This document shows, piece after piece, positions 22,785-34,004 of a DNA stretch of 42,899 nt; positions within the stretch are counted from its first letter, which is position 1; each line of letters begins with the position of its first letter. The notes under the pieces are model-generated. The model saw only the letters and a list, made by a program, of their open reading frames with translations. It made no database searches and was not told where the DNA came from. The stretch is from Chiloscyllium plagiosum (lineage: Eukaryota), in assembly GCF_004010195.1 (NCBI RefSeq), contig NC_057751.1, positions 2,641,286 to 2,684,184 of the forward strand. Reading direction: 5' to 3'. Both the position numbers and the translations under genes were made by a program.

Positions 22785-23835
22785 CAAGACAATACAATGC
22801 ACCAAGCCTGCGCCAATTCCTCGTCTTTATTTAGACCCACTAGTTATTGCTGATGTGCAGTATCTATCCCTCTGTTCACCTCACGTTCATTTTTCTATCA
22901 AGATACGCTTTAAATGTTGCGAAAGTGCCTGCTTCCACCACTTCCACTGGCAGTGCATTCCAGGACGACCACACTCTGTGTGAAAAACTTTCCCTGCACT
23001 TCTCCCCAAACTTTCCCAATTACCTTGAATCCATGCCCTCTTGTAGATGACCTTATCACTGTGGAGAAAAGCCTCTGACTATCCACCTTATATCTGCCTC
23101 TCATAGTTTTGAAGATCTCTATCAGGTCGCCCCAAGCCTCCGTCTTTCCAGTGAAAAGAAGCCGGGTTTATCCAATCCCTCCTCATAACTAAAAACCCCC
23201 AGACCAGGCAACATCCTGACAAACCTTCTCTGCATCCTCTCCAAAGCAGCCATGCCCTTCTGGTAGTGGCGAGCAAAAGGGCGCGCAACGTTCTAAGTGT
23301 GGCCGAACTAAAGTTTTATATAGTTGGAATATAACTTGCCATCTTTAATACTCAGTGCCCCAGTCGATGAAGGCAAGCGTTCTGTATGTCTTCTTGACTA
23401 CCTTTTATCAGCCTGCATTGCCTCTTTCAGGGATCTGTGAATCTATACACCCTCAGGTTCCTCTGTATGTCAATGCTGCTAAGGGTTCTGCCGTTTATTG
23501 TATAATTTACACCTAAATTTGATCTTCCAAAATGCACCACCTCGCATTTGTCTGTGTGAAAGTCCATCTGCAATTCCTCTGCCCAAATCTGCGAACTATC
23601 CATATCCCATTGGATCCTTTGGTAATCTTCCTCACTGTCTGCACATCACCAATTTTGGTGTCATCCACAAACTTGCAAATCAGACTGCTTATGTTTTCCT
23701 CCAGATCATGTATATATATTTCAAACGACAAAGGCCCCAGCACTCATCCCAATGGAACACCATTAGTTACTGATCTCCATTCTGAAAAGCACCCTTCCAC
23801 TGCCACTCTCTGTCTTCTACAACCAAGCCAGTTTC
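22785..23835 (-). mobile_element. 5'-truncated CR1 LINE (RT C-terminal half and 3' UTR)
   Basis: LGPLSFEIYIHDLEENISSLICKFVDDTKIG; STRGHGFKV. Confidence 0.9.
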
Positions 23836-25807
23836 GGTGAGAGAGAATACTCAGTGCCATGACTTACTGGGGTATTGCACTGAAAATGAAGCCCCCTTCT
23901 TCCTAATTCATACAAAAGTTAAAATTTTAAAAAAAGATATGCAAAATCTCCAAACTACTGATTTCGCAGACCCAGATTGAGGGTCTTCACAAAAATTACT
24001 AATTGATACGAGTTATTAGATTCCAGCGACAAGTAGACAATTATTCACAACCCAAGCTATCCAGCTACCTGAGAACCAATCACATAGTTGTTAACAGGCA
24101 GAGGGCCCTCATCATTGATAACTGGCTATGAGTCCGTTCGAATCATGTTCTCCTTGTAAAGAAGCCATCCACTCCAACTCATCTGTGCATTTCTGGGACT
24201 CACAGCTGCACAAACAGGATTCATAAAAGGTATCAAATTCAAGACTTTCAAAACATGGAACAATCCTTGCAAGTCCGTTTCTCAAAATAGTTTTCTCTCA
24301 TCTTAGCCCACAGTTTTTAAAATCATGAAAATAAAAAGGCACTGTCTGTACATTAGCTATCTTCCAATTTTTTTGTCACTTCTCTGCAACGAGAGAGAGG
24401 ATATTAGCCTTTTAGAGTTTGAAGGCTTTCTGCTGCTGTTTTGTCAACACACAGGCTGACCACTTGCCCTGGAACCAATCAGAGAGTTTTCATGCTGAAC
24501 ACTACTGACCCACACAACATGTCCTGATTGAAAAACCAATCAACAGTCTGTCTATGGTCAAAATTGCCATGGGCACACTCATAGTGCCAATGATTCCAGC
24601 ATCCTCCCGTACAATTTGAACAAGACAAGAGGGAAGACACAATTCATTGTGACTCATCTTAAGACTGCAGTATTTTTTTCCCCCAGTTTCCTTGGTTGAA
24701 AGCAGTATCCTATTCCCATTTTGGTCCACAATCCACATAAAAGGAGAAGTAAAAAGATGTGGTCTTTACACAAATAACATTTCAGTCACAAACTGCCATG
24801 ATAAAGAGTTGGGCTGCTCCGCAAAGACACATTGGATATACATTGTAATGTGATAAAATGCCATTCCAGTGGAATCCTGATTGCATTATGATGTGTTGGC
24901 TGGATTGTGAAGATTAAATGGCTGATCATTCTTACTGCTGTAATAACATCACTCAAGGTGCACAGCCAATCTTTTAAATCGATGCTTTGATATTCGGGGT
25001 GGTAGGGGTTGAGCTCATTCTGCTATCTGCAGCTTGCAGGCAACTCAAAATCCTTCTTGCGCTATTCATCTACCTTCCCAACAAATGCATCTTCTGAATA
25101 AAGGAATGTCATGTGAAAGAGACGCGTAGGCATATATGTGCACACCAGAATTGTATTAACTATTTAAAAACTGACTTGTCACCAATAGAATTCCGTGTAA
25201 TGAAGCCTGGGTGTTCTAATGCTAATAACAATTAAGAATTGCTGATCATTTTTGATTACTTTGCATAGCCTAATAGCTCTATTAAATTAGCAGAGGGAGG
25301 TGAATTAATCCACAAATATTATTACCAGTCATTTCAAGTCTTTTGTAATTAGTATAGGTCCCGGTAATGAGAAAGACGCGGATTAAACATGTTTGAATTA
25401 AATTTGCAATTCTTGGAACATAATGAACTTTTGACTGATTGAAAATGCCTACACTGAAGTCCAAGGTCAACACAGACAATGAACAGTACTGCATGAATCA
25501 AACACAACAATGATTTCTTTTTTCTTGTCCACTCATTAATCAGGAAATATGGGCCACAAATTCAATTTCAGCACCTGAAGGTGGGAGAACACGAGTCAAT
25601 GCGTTACTATTCGATTACTGAATTCAGATATTGCAAGATATGAAATTAATAAAACCCATTTCCTTCACTCCACCATTGGCAGCTGTGTCAGCAGCTGACC
25701 TGTTCAGCTCTGGAATTCCCATCTTCAACCTCTCTCCCTTTCTCTGCCCTTTGTTGTTGTGTTGATCAGACCTTTAGTCAGTTGCCGTTAATTCTCTCTG
25801 TAACTTG

Positions 25808-27042
25808 ATAGAGTCATAGAGTCATAGAGATGTACGGCACAGAAGCAGACCCTTCGGTCCAACCCATCCATGCCGACCAGATATCCCAACCCAATCTAGT
25901 CCCACCTGCCAGCACCCGGCCCATATCCCTCTGAACCCTTCCTATTCATATACCCATCCAAATGCCTTTTAAATGTTGCAATTGTACCAGCCTCCACCAC
26001 TCCCTCTGGCAGCTCATTCCATATACGTACCACCCTCTGCGTGAAAAAGTTGCCCCTTAGGTCTCTTTTATATCTTTCCCCTCTCACCCTAAACCTATGC
26101 CTTCTTGTTCTGGACTCCCCCACCCCAGGGAAAAGAATTTGTCTATTTATCCTATCCATGCCCCTCATGATTTTGTAAACCTCTATATGGTCACCCCTCA
26201 GCCTCCGACATTCCAGGGAAAACAGCCCTAGCCTGTTCAGTCTCTCCCTATAGCTCAAATCCTCCAACCTTGGCAACATCCTTTTAAATCTTTTCTGAAC
26301 CCTTTCAAGTTTCACAACATCTTTCCGATAGGAAGGAGACCAGAATTGCACACAATATTCCAACAGTGGCCTAACCAATGTCCTGTACAGCCGCAACATG
26401 ACCTCCCAACTCCTGTACTCATTACTCTGACCAATAAAAGAAACCATACCAAATGCCTTCTTCACTATCCTATCTACCTGCGACTCCACTTTCAAGGAGC
26501 TATGAGCCTGCACTCCAAGGTCTCTGTGTTCAGCAACACTCCTCAGGACCTTAACGTGAAGTGTATAAGTCCTGCCCTGATTTGCTTTCCCAAAATGCAG
26601 CACCTCACTTTTATCTAAGGTAAATTCCATCTGCCACTTCTCAGCCCATTGGCCCATCTGGTCCAGATCCTGCTGTAATCTGAGGTAACCCTCTTCGCTG
26701 TTCACTACACCTCCAATTTTGGTGTCATCAGAAAACTTAGTAGCTACACCTCTTATGCTCACATCCAAATCATTTATATAAATGATGAAAAGTAGTGGAC
26801 TCAGCACCGATCCCTGTGGCACTCTACTGGCCACAGGCCTCCAGTCTGAAAAACAGCCCTCTACCACCAGTCTCTGTCTTCTACCTTTGAACCAGTTCTG
26901 TATCCAAATGGCGAGTTCTCCCTGTATTCAGTGAGATCTAACCTTGCTAACCAGCCTCCCATGAGGAATCTTGTTGAACGCCTTATTCAAGTTCATATGG
27001 AACACATCCACCGCTCTGCTCTCATCAATCGACTTTGTTACC
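25808..27042 (-). mobile_element. Young HER1/CR1 LINE, 5'-truncated, (CTATGACT)n tail
   Basis: Tail atagagtcatagagtcatagag at 25808-25829. RT frame continuous to ~27040 with a single stop. Confidence 0.95.
25896..26867 (-). CDS. CR1 ORF2 reverse transcriptase C-terminal part (323 aa open, truncated, non-autonomous)
   Basis: VPQGSVLSPLLFIIYINDL, KFSDDTKIGG, LYRTLVRPLLEYCVQFWSP, RRLRGD.IEVYKIM. Confidence 0.85.
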   Translation of the reverse strand: MVEGCFSDWRPVASRVPQGSVLSPLLFIIYINDLDVSIRGVATKFSDDTKIGGVVNSEEGYLRLQQDLDQMGQWAEKWQMEFTLDKSEVLHFGKANQGRTYTLHVKVLRSVAEHRDLGVQAHSSLKVESQVDRIVKKAFGMVSFIGQSNEYRSWEVMLRLYRTLVRPLLEYCVQFWSPSYRKDVVKLERVQKRFKRMLPRLEDLSYRERLNRLGLFSLECRRLRGDHIEVYKIMRGMDRINRQILFPGVGESRTRRHRFRVRGERYKRDLRGNFFTQRVVRIWNELPEGVVEAGTIATFKRHLDGYMNRKGSEGYGPGAGRWD

Positions 27043-27044
27043 TT

Positions 27045-27620
27045 GGTCATGTTGCAGCTGTATAGGGCACTGGTGAGACCACTTTTGGAATATTGCGTGC
27101 AATTCTGGTCTCTTCTGTATCAGAAGGATGTTATGAAACTTGAAAGGGTTCAGAAAAGATTTACAAGGATGTTGCCAGATTGCAGAATTTGAGCTCCAGG
27201 GAGAGGCGGAATAGGCTGGGGCTATTTTCCCTGGAGCGTCAGAGGCTGAGGGGTGACTTTATTGAGGTTTATAAAATCATGAGTGGCATGGTTAGGGTAA
27301 ATAGGCAAGGTCTTTTCCCTGGAATGGGAGAGTCCAGAACTAGAAGGCTGAGGTTTAGGGTGAGAGGGGAAAGATATAAAAGGGACCTAAAGGGCAACGT
27401 TTTCATGCAGAGGGTAATGCATGTACGGAATGAGCTGCCAGAGAAAATGCTGGAGGCTGGTATTATTGTGATATTTCAAGGCATCTTGATGAATAGAAAG
27501 AGTTTGGAGTGATATGGGCCGGGTGCTGGCAAATGGGACTCGATTAGGTTAGGATATCTGGTCGGCATGGATGAGTTGGACCGAAGGATCTGTTTTCGTG
27601 CTGAACATCTCTATGACTCT
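27045..27620 (+). mobile_element. HER1/CR1 LINE 3' end, head-to-head with the preceding copy
   Basis: LYRALVRPLLEYCVQFWS..KLERVQKRFTRMLP; tail ctctatgactcta. Confidence 0.92.
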
Positions 27621-27624
27621 AAGT

Positions 27625-27921
27625 GTTAGTCACGAGGGAGCATTGTTTGAAGATAAAAGGGGGGACGTTTAAAGGAGATGTGAGAAGCGTGTTTTTGCAC
27701 AGAGGATGGTATGTACCTGCGATGCACTACCAGACGAAGTAGTGAAGACAGATACAACAGCAATGTTTAAAAGGCATTTTGACAGATACTTTTAAAAGGA
27801 AGGGAATAGAGGGATATGGACCAGGTAGAGGCACAAAGTTTTTAGTTGAGGAATGCATCATGTGTCAGCGTCGGCTGACGTGGTGGCCATAGGCCCTATT
27901 CATGTGCTTTACTGTTCTTTG
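27625..27921 (+). mobile_element. CR1 LINE 3' end (different subfamily)
   Basis: cacgagggagcattgtttgaagataa..tttaaaaggcattttgacagatac..gagggatatggacc. Confidence 0.75.
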
Positions 27922-27922
27922 C

Positions 27923-28898
27923 AGAGAAAGTGAGGACTGCAGATGCTGGAGATCAGAGATGGAAATGTGTTGCTGGAAAAGCGCAGCAGGTCAGGCAGCA
28001 TCTAGGGAACAGGAGAATCGACGTTTCGGGCATTAGCCCTTCTTCAGGAATGAGGAAAGTTGGTCCAGCAGGCTAAGATAAAAGGTAGGGAGGAGGGACT
28101 TGGGGGAGGGGCGTCGGAAATGTGATAGGTGGAAAGAGGTCAAGGTGAGGGTGATAGGACAGATTGGGGTGGGGGCGGAGAGGTCGGGAAGAAGATTGCA
28201 GGTTAGGAAGGCGGTGCTGAATTCGATGGATTTGAATGAGACAGGGTGGGTGTCGGCTACTTGCGGAGCATTTCAGAGAACACCTCTGGGACACCCGGAC
28301 CAACCAACCCAACCACCCTGTAGCTCAACATTTCAATTCCCCCTACCACTCCACCAAGGATATGCAGGTCTTTGGAATCCTCCATCGTCAGACCACAATA
28401 AAACGACGNNNNNNNNNNNNNNNNNNNNNNNNNNNNNNNNNNNNNNNNNNNNNNNNNNNNNNNNNNNNNNNNNNNNNNNNNNNNNNNNNNNNNNNNNNNN
28501 NNNNNNNNNNNNNNNNNNNNNNNNNNNNNNNNNNNNNNNNNNNNNNNNNNNNNNNNNNNNNNNNNNNNNGCGGAAATGACGGCGGATGGTGCGCTGTACA
28601 TGGAGGTTAGTGGGGTGGTAGGTGAGGACTAGTGGGGTTCTGTCCTGGTGGCGGTTGGGGGGGCGGGGTTCAAGGGCGGAGGATCGGGAAGTGGGAGAGA
28701 TGCGGTGGAGGGCATCGTCGACCACGTCGGGGGGGAAATTGCGGTCCTTGAAGAAGGAGGCCATCTGGGATGTGCGTTTTTGGAACTGGTCCTCCTGGGA
28801 GCAGATGCGGCGGAGTCGAAGGAATTGGGAGAATGGGATGGCGTGCGTTTTTGGAACTGGTCCTCCTGGGAGCAGATGTGGCGGAGTCGAAGGAATTG
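27923..28898. mobile_element. Penelope-like retroelement (family A) with coding remnants in both orientations, spanning an assembly gap
   Basis: Minus-strand 3' terminus 27923-28230. Plus-strand GIY-YIG LAEHFREHLWDTRTNQPNHPVAQHFNSPYHSTKDMQV (~28255-28408). Minus-strand RT thumb AIPFSQFLRLRRICS..PLVLTYHP (28570-28845). Confidence 0.9.
28016..28051 (-). ncRNA. Minimal hammerhead ribozyme motif (intact core)
   Basis: Minus strand ATTC-CTGAAGA-A-GGGC-TAAT-GCCC-GAAA-CGTC-GATT. Perfect 4-bp stem II, palindromic ACGT in place of stem III. Confidence 0.8.
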
Positions 28899-29098
28899 CA
28901 GGCCATTCACCCATCAGGCCAGCTCCACCATTCTCCATCTGATCAAAGACTCTTCCTCCACAGCTATATGTGGCAAGGAGTTCCAAAGTCTCACAACCCT
29001 CTGAGAGAAGAAATTGCTCCTCACCAAAGCTGTGAATTAGTACCCTTTTATTCTGAGACTATGCCCTCTGGTCCTAGACTCTCCCATAAAGGGAGACA
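28899..29098 (-). mobile_element. Old CR1 3' fragment
   Basis: ggcaaggagttccaaagtctcacaaccctctgagagaagaaatt..atgccctctggtcctagactc. Confidence 0.75.
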
Positions 29099-29312
29099 TC
29101 AGAAACGCTGGTTGCTACAAATGTGGACTGTACAATTACAGTGACCAGGAAGTTTAGATGTAGCCAGTATGGCCCAGGGCATGTGCTTGTTCCTTTCTAA
29201 CTGTTTAACAATTTGCAAGTTTTGATGGTTTTATGGAAGCCAACTTCTGGGGAACTGGAATCAAAGAGAACTCAAACCTTTTGCTCAGTGAGTGCAGTAG
29301 AGAGCCATATAC

Positions 29313-30965
29313 ATTGAATTGAATTGAATTTATTGTCACGTGTACTGAGGCACAGTGAAAAGCTTTGTCTTGCGAGCAGGACAGGCAGATCACAGAGTGA
29401 AGTAGCATAGACAAGTAAATATAGGTAAACAGCAACAAAAACAAAAACACAGATCCAGGTGAATGTTAAGAGTTTGTGAGTCCATTCAGTATTCTAACGT
29501 TAAATTATCCGTAGTGTTAGGTGTATTAGTCAGGGTAAATACAGGGGGTGGGTTTCTCTTCGGAGGGTCGGTGTGGACTTATTGGGTCAAAGGGCCTGTT
29601 TCCACACTGTAGGGAATCTAATCTAATCTAATCTAATCTAATCTAATCTAATCTAATCTAACAGTAGGTAGAAACTGAAACGAAACCAGCTGGTGCATGT
29701 GTTCAGGCTTCTGTACCTTCTCCCCAGTGGTAGAGGTTGTAGAAAAACATTGCTAGGATGGGATGGATCTTTGAGAATGCTAGCAGCCTTTCCTTGACAG
29801 CGAACCTAGTAGATGGATTCTGCAGATGGGAGGTTGACCTTTGTGATTGTGCGGGTCGAGTTCACCACTCTCTGTAACAGTCTCCGATCTTGAATGGTAC
29901 AGTTGTCATACCAGGTAGTGATACATCAAAACAGAATGCTCTTGATAGCGCACCTATAAAAGTTAGCAAGGGTATTCACCGTCATGCTAAATTTCCTCAG
30001 CTGCCTGAGGAAGAAGAGACATTGTTGGGCCTTTGTAACCAGTGCGTCTGCATGAAGAGTCCAAGAAAGCTTGTTGTGGATGACTACTCTCAGGAGCTTG
30101 ACACTCCCCACTCGTTCCACCTCTGTGCTGTTAATGTGTAGGGGGGCATGAGTAACATCCTGGCAAAAGTCAGTAATGAGTTCCTTGGTTTTGCCGGCAT
30201 TGAGAGCTAGGTTGTTCTCAGTGCACCATTTTTCCAGGTCTTCCACCTCCCGTCTGTCGTCTGTTTCGTCACCATCTGACATTTGACCGACTATGGTGGT
30301 GTCATCAGCGAACTTGTAAATGGCATTAGTCTTGTGTTTGGCGACAAAGTCATGGGTATACAGTGAGTACAGTAAGGGGCTGAGTATACACCCCTGGGGG
30401 GCTCCAGTGTTGAGTGTTAGTGAGGATGAAATATTGTCCCCAATCTTCACTGATTGTGGCCTGTGGGTCAGGAAACTGAGGATCCAGTTGCAGAGAGTGG
30501 GGCTTAGTCTGAGATCACGAAGTTTAGTAATCAGTCTCGAGGGGCTAACAGTGTTAAAGGCTGAACTGTAGTCAATGAGTCGGATTCTCACGTAGCTGTT
30601 CTTGGTGTCAAGATGTTCTCAGAAGGAGTGAAGGGCAAGTGATACGGCATCTGATGTGAATCTGTTGGTCCAGTAGGCGAATTGGAGTGGGTCCAGATTA
30701 GTGGGGAGGCTGGAAGTGATTAATGCCATGACCAGCCTTTCAAAGCACTTCATGACCACCGAAGTTACGGCTCATGCTGCATGAGCTTTCTTAGGCACGG
30801 GGATGATGTTGGCCCTCTTGAAACAGGCAGGGACAGTGGCCTGCTGTAGGGAGAGGGTGAAGATATCCGAGAAGATCTCTGCCGGTTAATCTGCGTATGC
30901 TCTGAGTGCACGGCCTGGTACTCTGTCTAGTCCCATCGCTTTCACTGGATTTACATGAATAAAAT
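29313..30965 (-). mobile_element. Rex1/Babar-type LINE, 5'-truncated
   Basis: ORF 29926-30591: IDYSSAFNT, TGAPQGCILSPLLYSLYTHD, KFADDTTIVG, KAQQCLFFLRQLRKF. (ATTCA)n tail at 29313-29330. Confidence 0.9.
29499..29659 (+). mobile_element. 5'-truncated HE1-type SINE with (AATCT)9 tail, nested in the Rex1 LINE
   Basis: Matches 35787-35916. aatct x9 at 29615-29659. Possible TSD tctaac (29493-29498, 29657-29662). Confidence 0.85.
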
Positions 30966-31524
30966 CTCACTTCTTTATGTGTTGTGGATAAGAAAGCTGG
31001 CAACAATAACCTCCTGGGTCCAGCATTGTTGCTTCTTATTTGCCTTCTTAGTACAGAGGCAAATGTTAAATAAGAAAATCCAAAAGCACAACGGACTCTG
31101 AAAAACAAACAGCACTGATACATGGAGAAGTCTCCCCCTTTGCTACCCATTCCCTTTTCATATTTAATCAGTCAGTTTATGTGTCAATTAACTTTAGTCA
31201 GCCATTTAAGTCTTGCAAGACTGACAAAAAAGTCATGATCAGACAACTGTTGGGGAATTTAGTGACACCAAGGATAAACTTGGATTGAGTGCCCTTCAGA
31301 AAAAGTTCCCTGGACTAATTCCTGGGATGCAGGATTGTGTTGTGAGGAAAGGTTGAAAATGTTGGGCCCAATTTTTTAAAAATTTGTTGACAGGATGTGT
31401 GTGTTACTAGCTCAACTAATATTTGTAGCCCATACCTAATGCTTGAGAAGGTGTAGTGAGCCAACTTCTTGAACTCCGATAATCCATATGGTGGAGATCA
31501 ACTTACAGTACTGTTAGGGAGGGA

Positions 31525-33213
31525 TGATTTGGAGATGCCGGTGTTGGACTGGGGTGTACAAAGTTAAAACTCACACAACACCAGGTTATAGTCCAACAGG
31601 TTTATTTGGTTACTTGGTTAACAGTCCAGCACCAGCATCTCCAAATCAGGTTTATTGGGAAGCACTAGCTTTCGACATGCTGTTCCTTCGTCACGTGGTT
31701 GTGTATAAGATCGGAGGACCACAGAATTTGTAGCAAAAGTTTACAGTGTGATGTAACTGAAATTATGTATTGAAAATGATGTGGATTGTTTGTTAAATCT
31801 CTCATCTTTTCGAATGAATATGTTGTTTTCAGTTCTTTCATATGTAAATTGCAGAACTTTTTTGAAGTTGCATTCTCAAGGGAACTTTAACAATTGGTGT
31901 CGTGTCAGCCCAAGTAATGCATTGAAGGTGTGAGGTGCCCTGTATGAGACTCTCTGTGCCACACTGGTCAGACTGATTCTAATCTAAGAGACATATTTAC
32001 AGAATCTTACATGGATTCTTGCGGTTTTTGAGCAAAGTAAAATTCTGCAAGTACAAATTCACCCCGCAAATGTGTGTGTGTGTTGGGGGGATGGGGGGAT
32101 GGGGGGATNNNNNNNNNNNNNNNNNNNNNGAGTGTGTGTGTGTGTCTGTGTCTGTGTGTGCGTCTGTCTGAGTGTGTGTATGTCTGTGTGCCTGTGTTTG
32201 TGTGTATGTAGTGCAGTGGGGTCATCTGTAGCGTGATAGGAACCTAAGGTCCTGATTTAGGCCATTCCCATGGGTACCAACCTTGGCTATCAGCCTCTTG
32301 TTATGACACGGGGTAAACTCTCCTACTTAACTTAAAACCAGCAACACAGAAAAGATGTATCCCGTGCAGTAATCTGTAAAATTCGAGTGGCCAAGAACTA
32401 TTTAAAGTGAAAATTAACAACTTTATTTCTTAAGAACATAGAATAATAGTATAACAGAGAATAATTTACTCATAACTATTTACCATTCCTTACTCTAACC
32501 TATCTGTTACCTTTCCTTCTATAATAGTAGTCCGATAAAACTCCCAATTAAAATTTACAAAAAACAACACTTCTTATCTCAAAACCAGGCAGCTGTAGAT
32601 TCTTGTCTTTGGATCTTCCTGTGTCTTCTTTTCACCTTATTCGGAATTTCTGCATTACATGTTACTGATCAAAAAGGCCTTTTAAGACAGCTCTTTTTTC
32701 AGGCAGTCTGTTTCCATGCTGGGCCACGGCAGTTCTCATCTCAACTGTTCAATTTTCTCCGTTCTTATACTCCAGAGCATCAGATTATGTCATTGGCCCT
32801 CAAGATTGTCAATACACTCAATACAAACTTGATTGGAATTTGATATGTTTCAGATATAATTTAAACTGATTGGCCGAATTCAAATTTGTTTTTGTCTCCA
32901 AGCAACGAACTAATTGAGTTGATCGCCTCAGTGTTACATTGTTACTTTTTTGAGTACACTTGGTGCTATATCCGGTAGTTATGCTGCTTTTAACTCTCTT
33001 AAAGTACACCCACATCTTCATAACACTCTGCTCAACCACTTTGCATAGTTGCCTGTCCTGAAGTCTGCCTTTCGAGGACGGTCACCCAAAGCTCCAAAGT
33101 CGAATGTCCCGGACCACTGAAGTGTTCTCTGACTGGGAGGGAACACTCCTGTCTGTTGATTGTTGTGCAATGTCCATTTGTCCATTGCTGTAGCCTCTGC
33201 TCAGTCTCACCGA
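31525..33213 (-). mobile_element. 5'-truncated Penelope-like element (family C), interrupted by a solo LTR
   Basis: GIY-YIG IGETEQRLQQWTNGHCTTINRQECSLPVREHFSGPGHS (33030-33213) resumes as RLIAKVGTHGNGLNQDLRFLSRYR* (32222-32298). 13-bp TSD with 1 mismatch: tgttagggaggga (31512-31524) / tgttagggatgga (33214-33226). Confidence 0.88.
32299..33025 (-). mobile_element. Solo LTR, 727 bp
   Basis: Perfect 8-bp inverted termini TGTTATGA...TCATAACA. 4-bp TSD ctct (32295-32298, 33026-33029). AATAAA on the minus strand at 32422-32427. The host PLE sequence rejoins when it is removed. Confidence 0.9.
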
Positions 33214-33454
33214 TGTTAGGGATGGATTTCCACTGAGGTTTAGAAGATTTTATTATCATTTACAGGCTGTCCCATTCTGAAGTCTGTTTGCAAGTCAATT
33301 TGTACTCAAATTGGAACACAGTGCAGTGCAGCTGTTCATAAGTCCAGGAAACGTTCATATGGCAGTTTTTCAAAATAATATCCTAGTTTGGAATGACCTT
33401 CAGAAGTATGAATGTTCATAAGCCAGACATGCATAAGTGGGGACTCTCGAAAAG

Positions 33455-33770
33455 ACTCTGACAGACTTTGGTACGATAGATGTTGGGAGGATACATCATC
33501 TCATGGGGGAATGTGGATGAAGGTTTGAAAATAAGGGATCCCAATTTATGACAGAGATAATGAAGAATTTCCTCTCACAGAGAGTTCGAAGTCTTTGGAA
33601 TTGTCTTCCCCAGAAAGATGGGCATATCTTTAATTAATAATGAGTCAAGCATTATAGGGGCAGTCAGGAATGTTCAGTTAAGGCCACGGTCAGATCAGAC
33701 ATGATCTTAGTGAATAGCAGTGCCTTATAGTCAGGCAGTATTGCCAACTCCTGCTCCTGTTTCATTATGA
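33455..33770 (+). mobile_element. Old CR1 3' end
   Basis: gaagaatttcctctcacagagagtt..tctttggaattgtcttccccaga..gatcagacatgatctt..ctcctgctcct. Confidence 0.7.
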
Positions 33771-34004
33771 TATTCACATGAACAACTGAGACTGCGGCCC
33801 ATTATTGCTGGATATTCATCTTCCTTTCCTAATGAACTGCTGATGGCTCATTCGAAATCTCGATTTCCCAAGATAACTGTTGGTCTCCGGGTGATCATTG
33901 CCATAAAGACTGCAAAAAAAAATCTTGTTATTACTGCTCTATTGTCCACTTAGCAGGAGGTTTAGCTCAATTTTAAACATTGTCAAAAAACTTACAACAC
34001 AGAA

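Noticed and set aside
28100..29144. Several long overlapping ORFs in the track
   Set aside because: Inflated by the N gap and by GC-rich PLE sequence; only the GIY-YIG and RT-thumb frames are meaningful.
29615..29659. (AATCT)n array as an independent repeat or CRISPR-like array
   Set aside because: Simple SINE tail with no spacers. The DNA is eukaryotic and no cas genes are present.
33260..33450. Possible Tigger/mariner-type MITE (tacaggctgtccc ... taagtggggact)
   Set aside because: Terminal inverted repeats too degenerate and no clear TA duplication.
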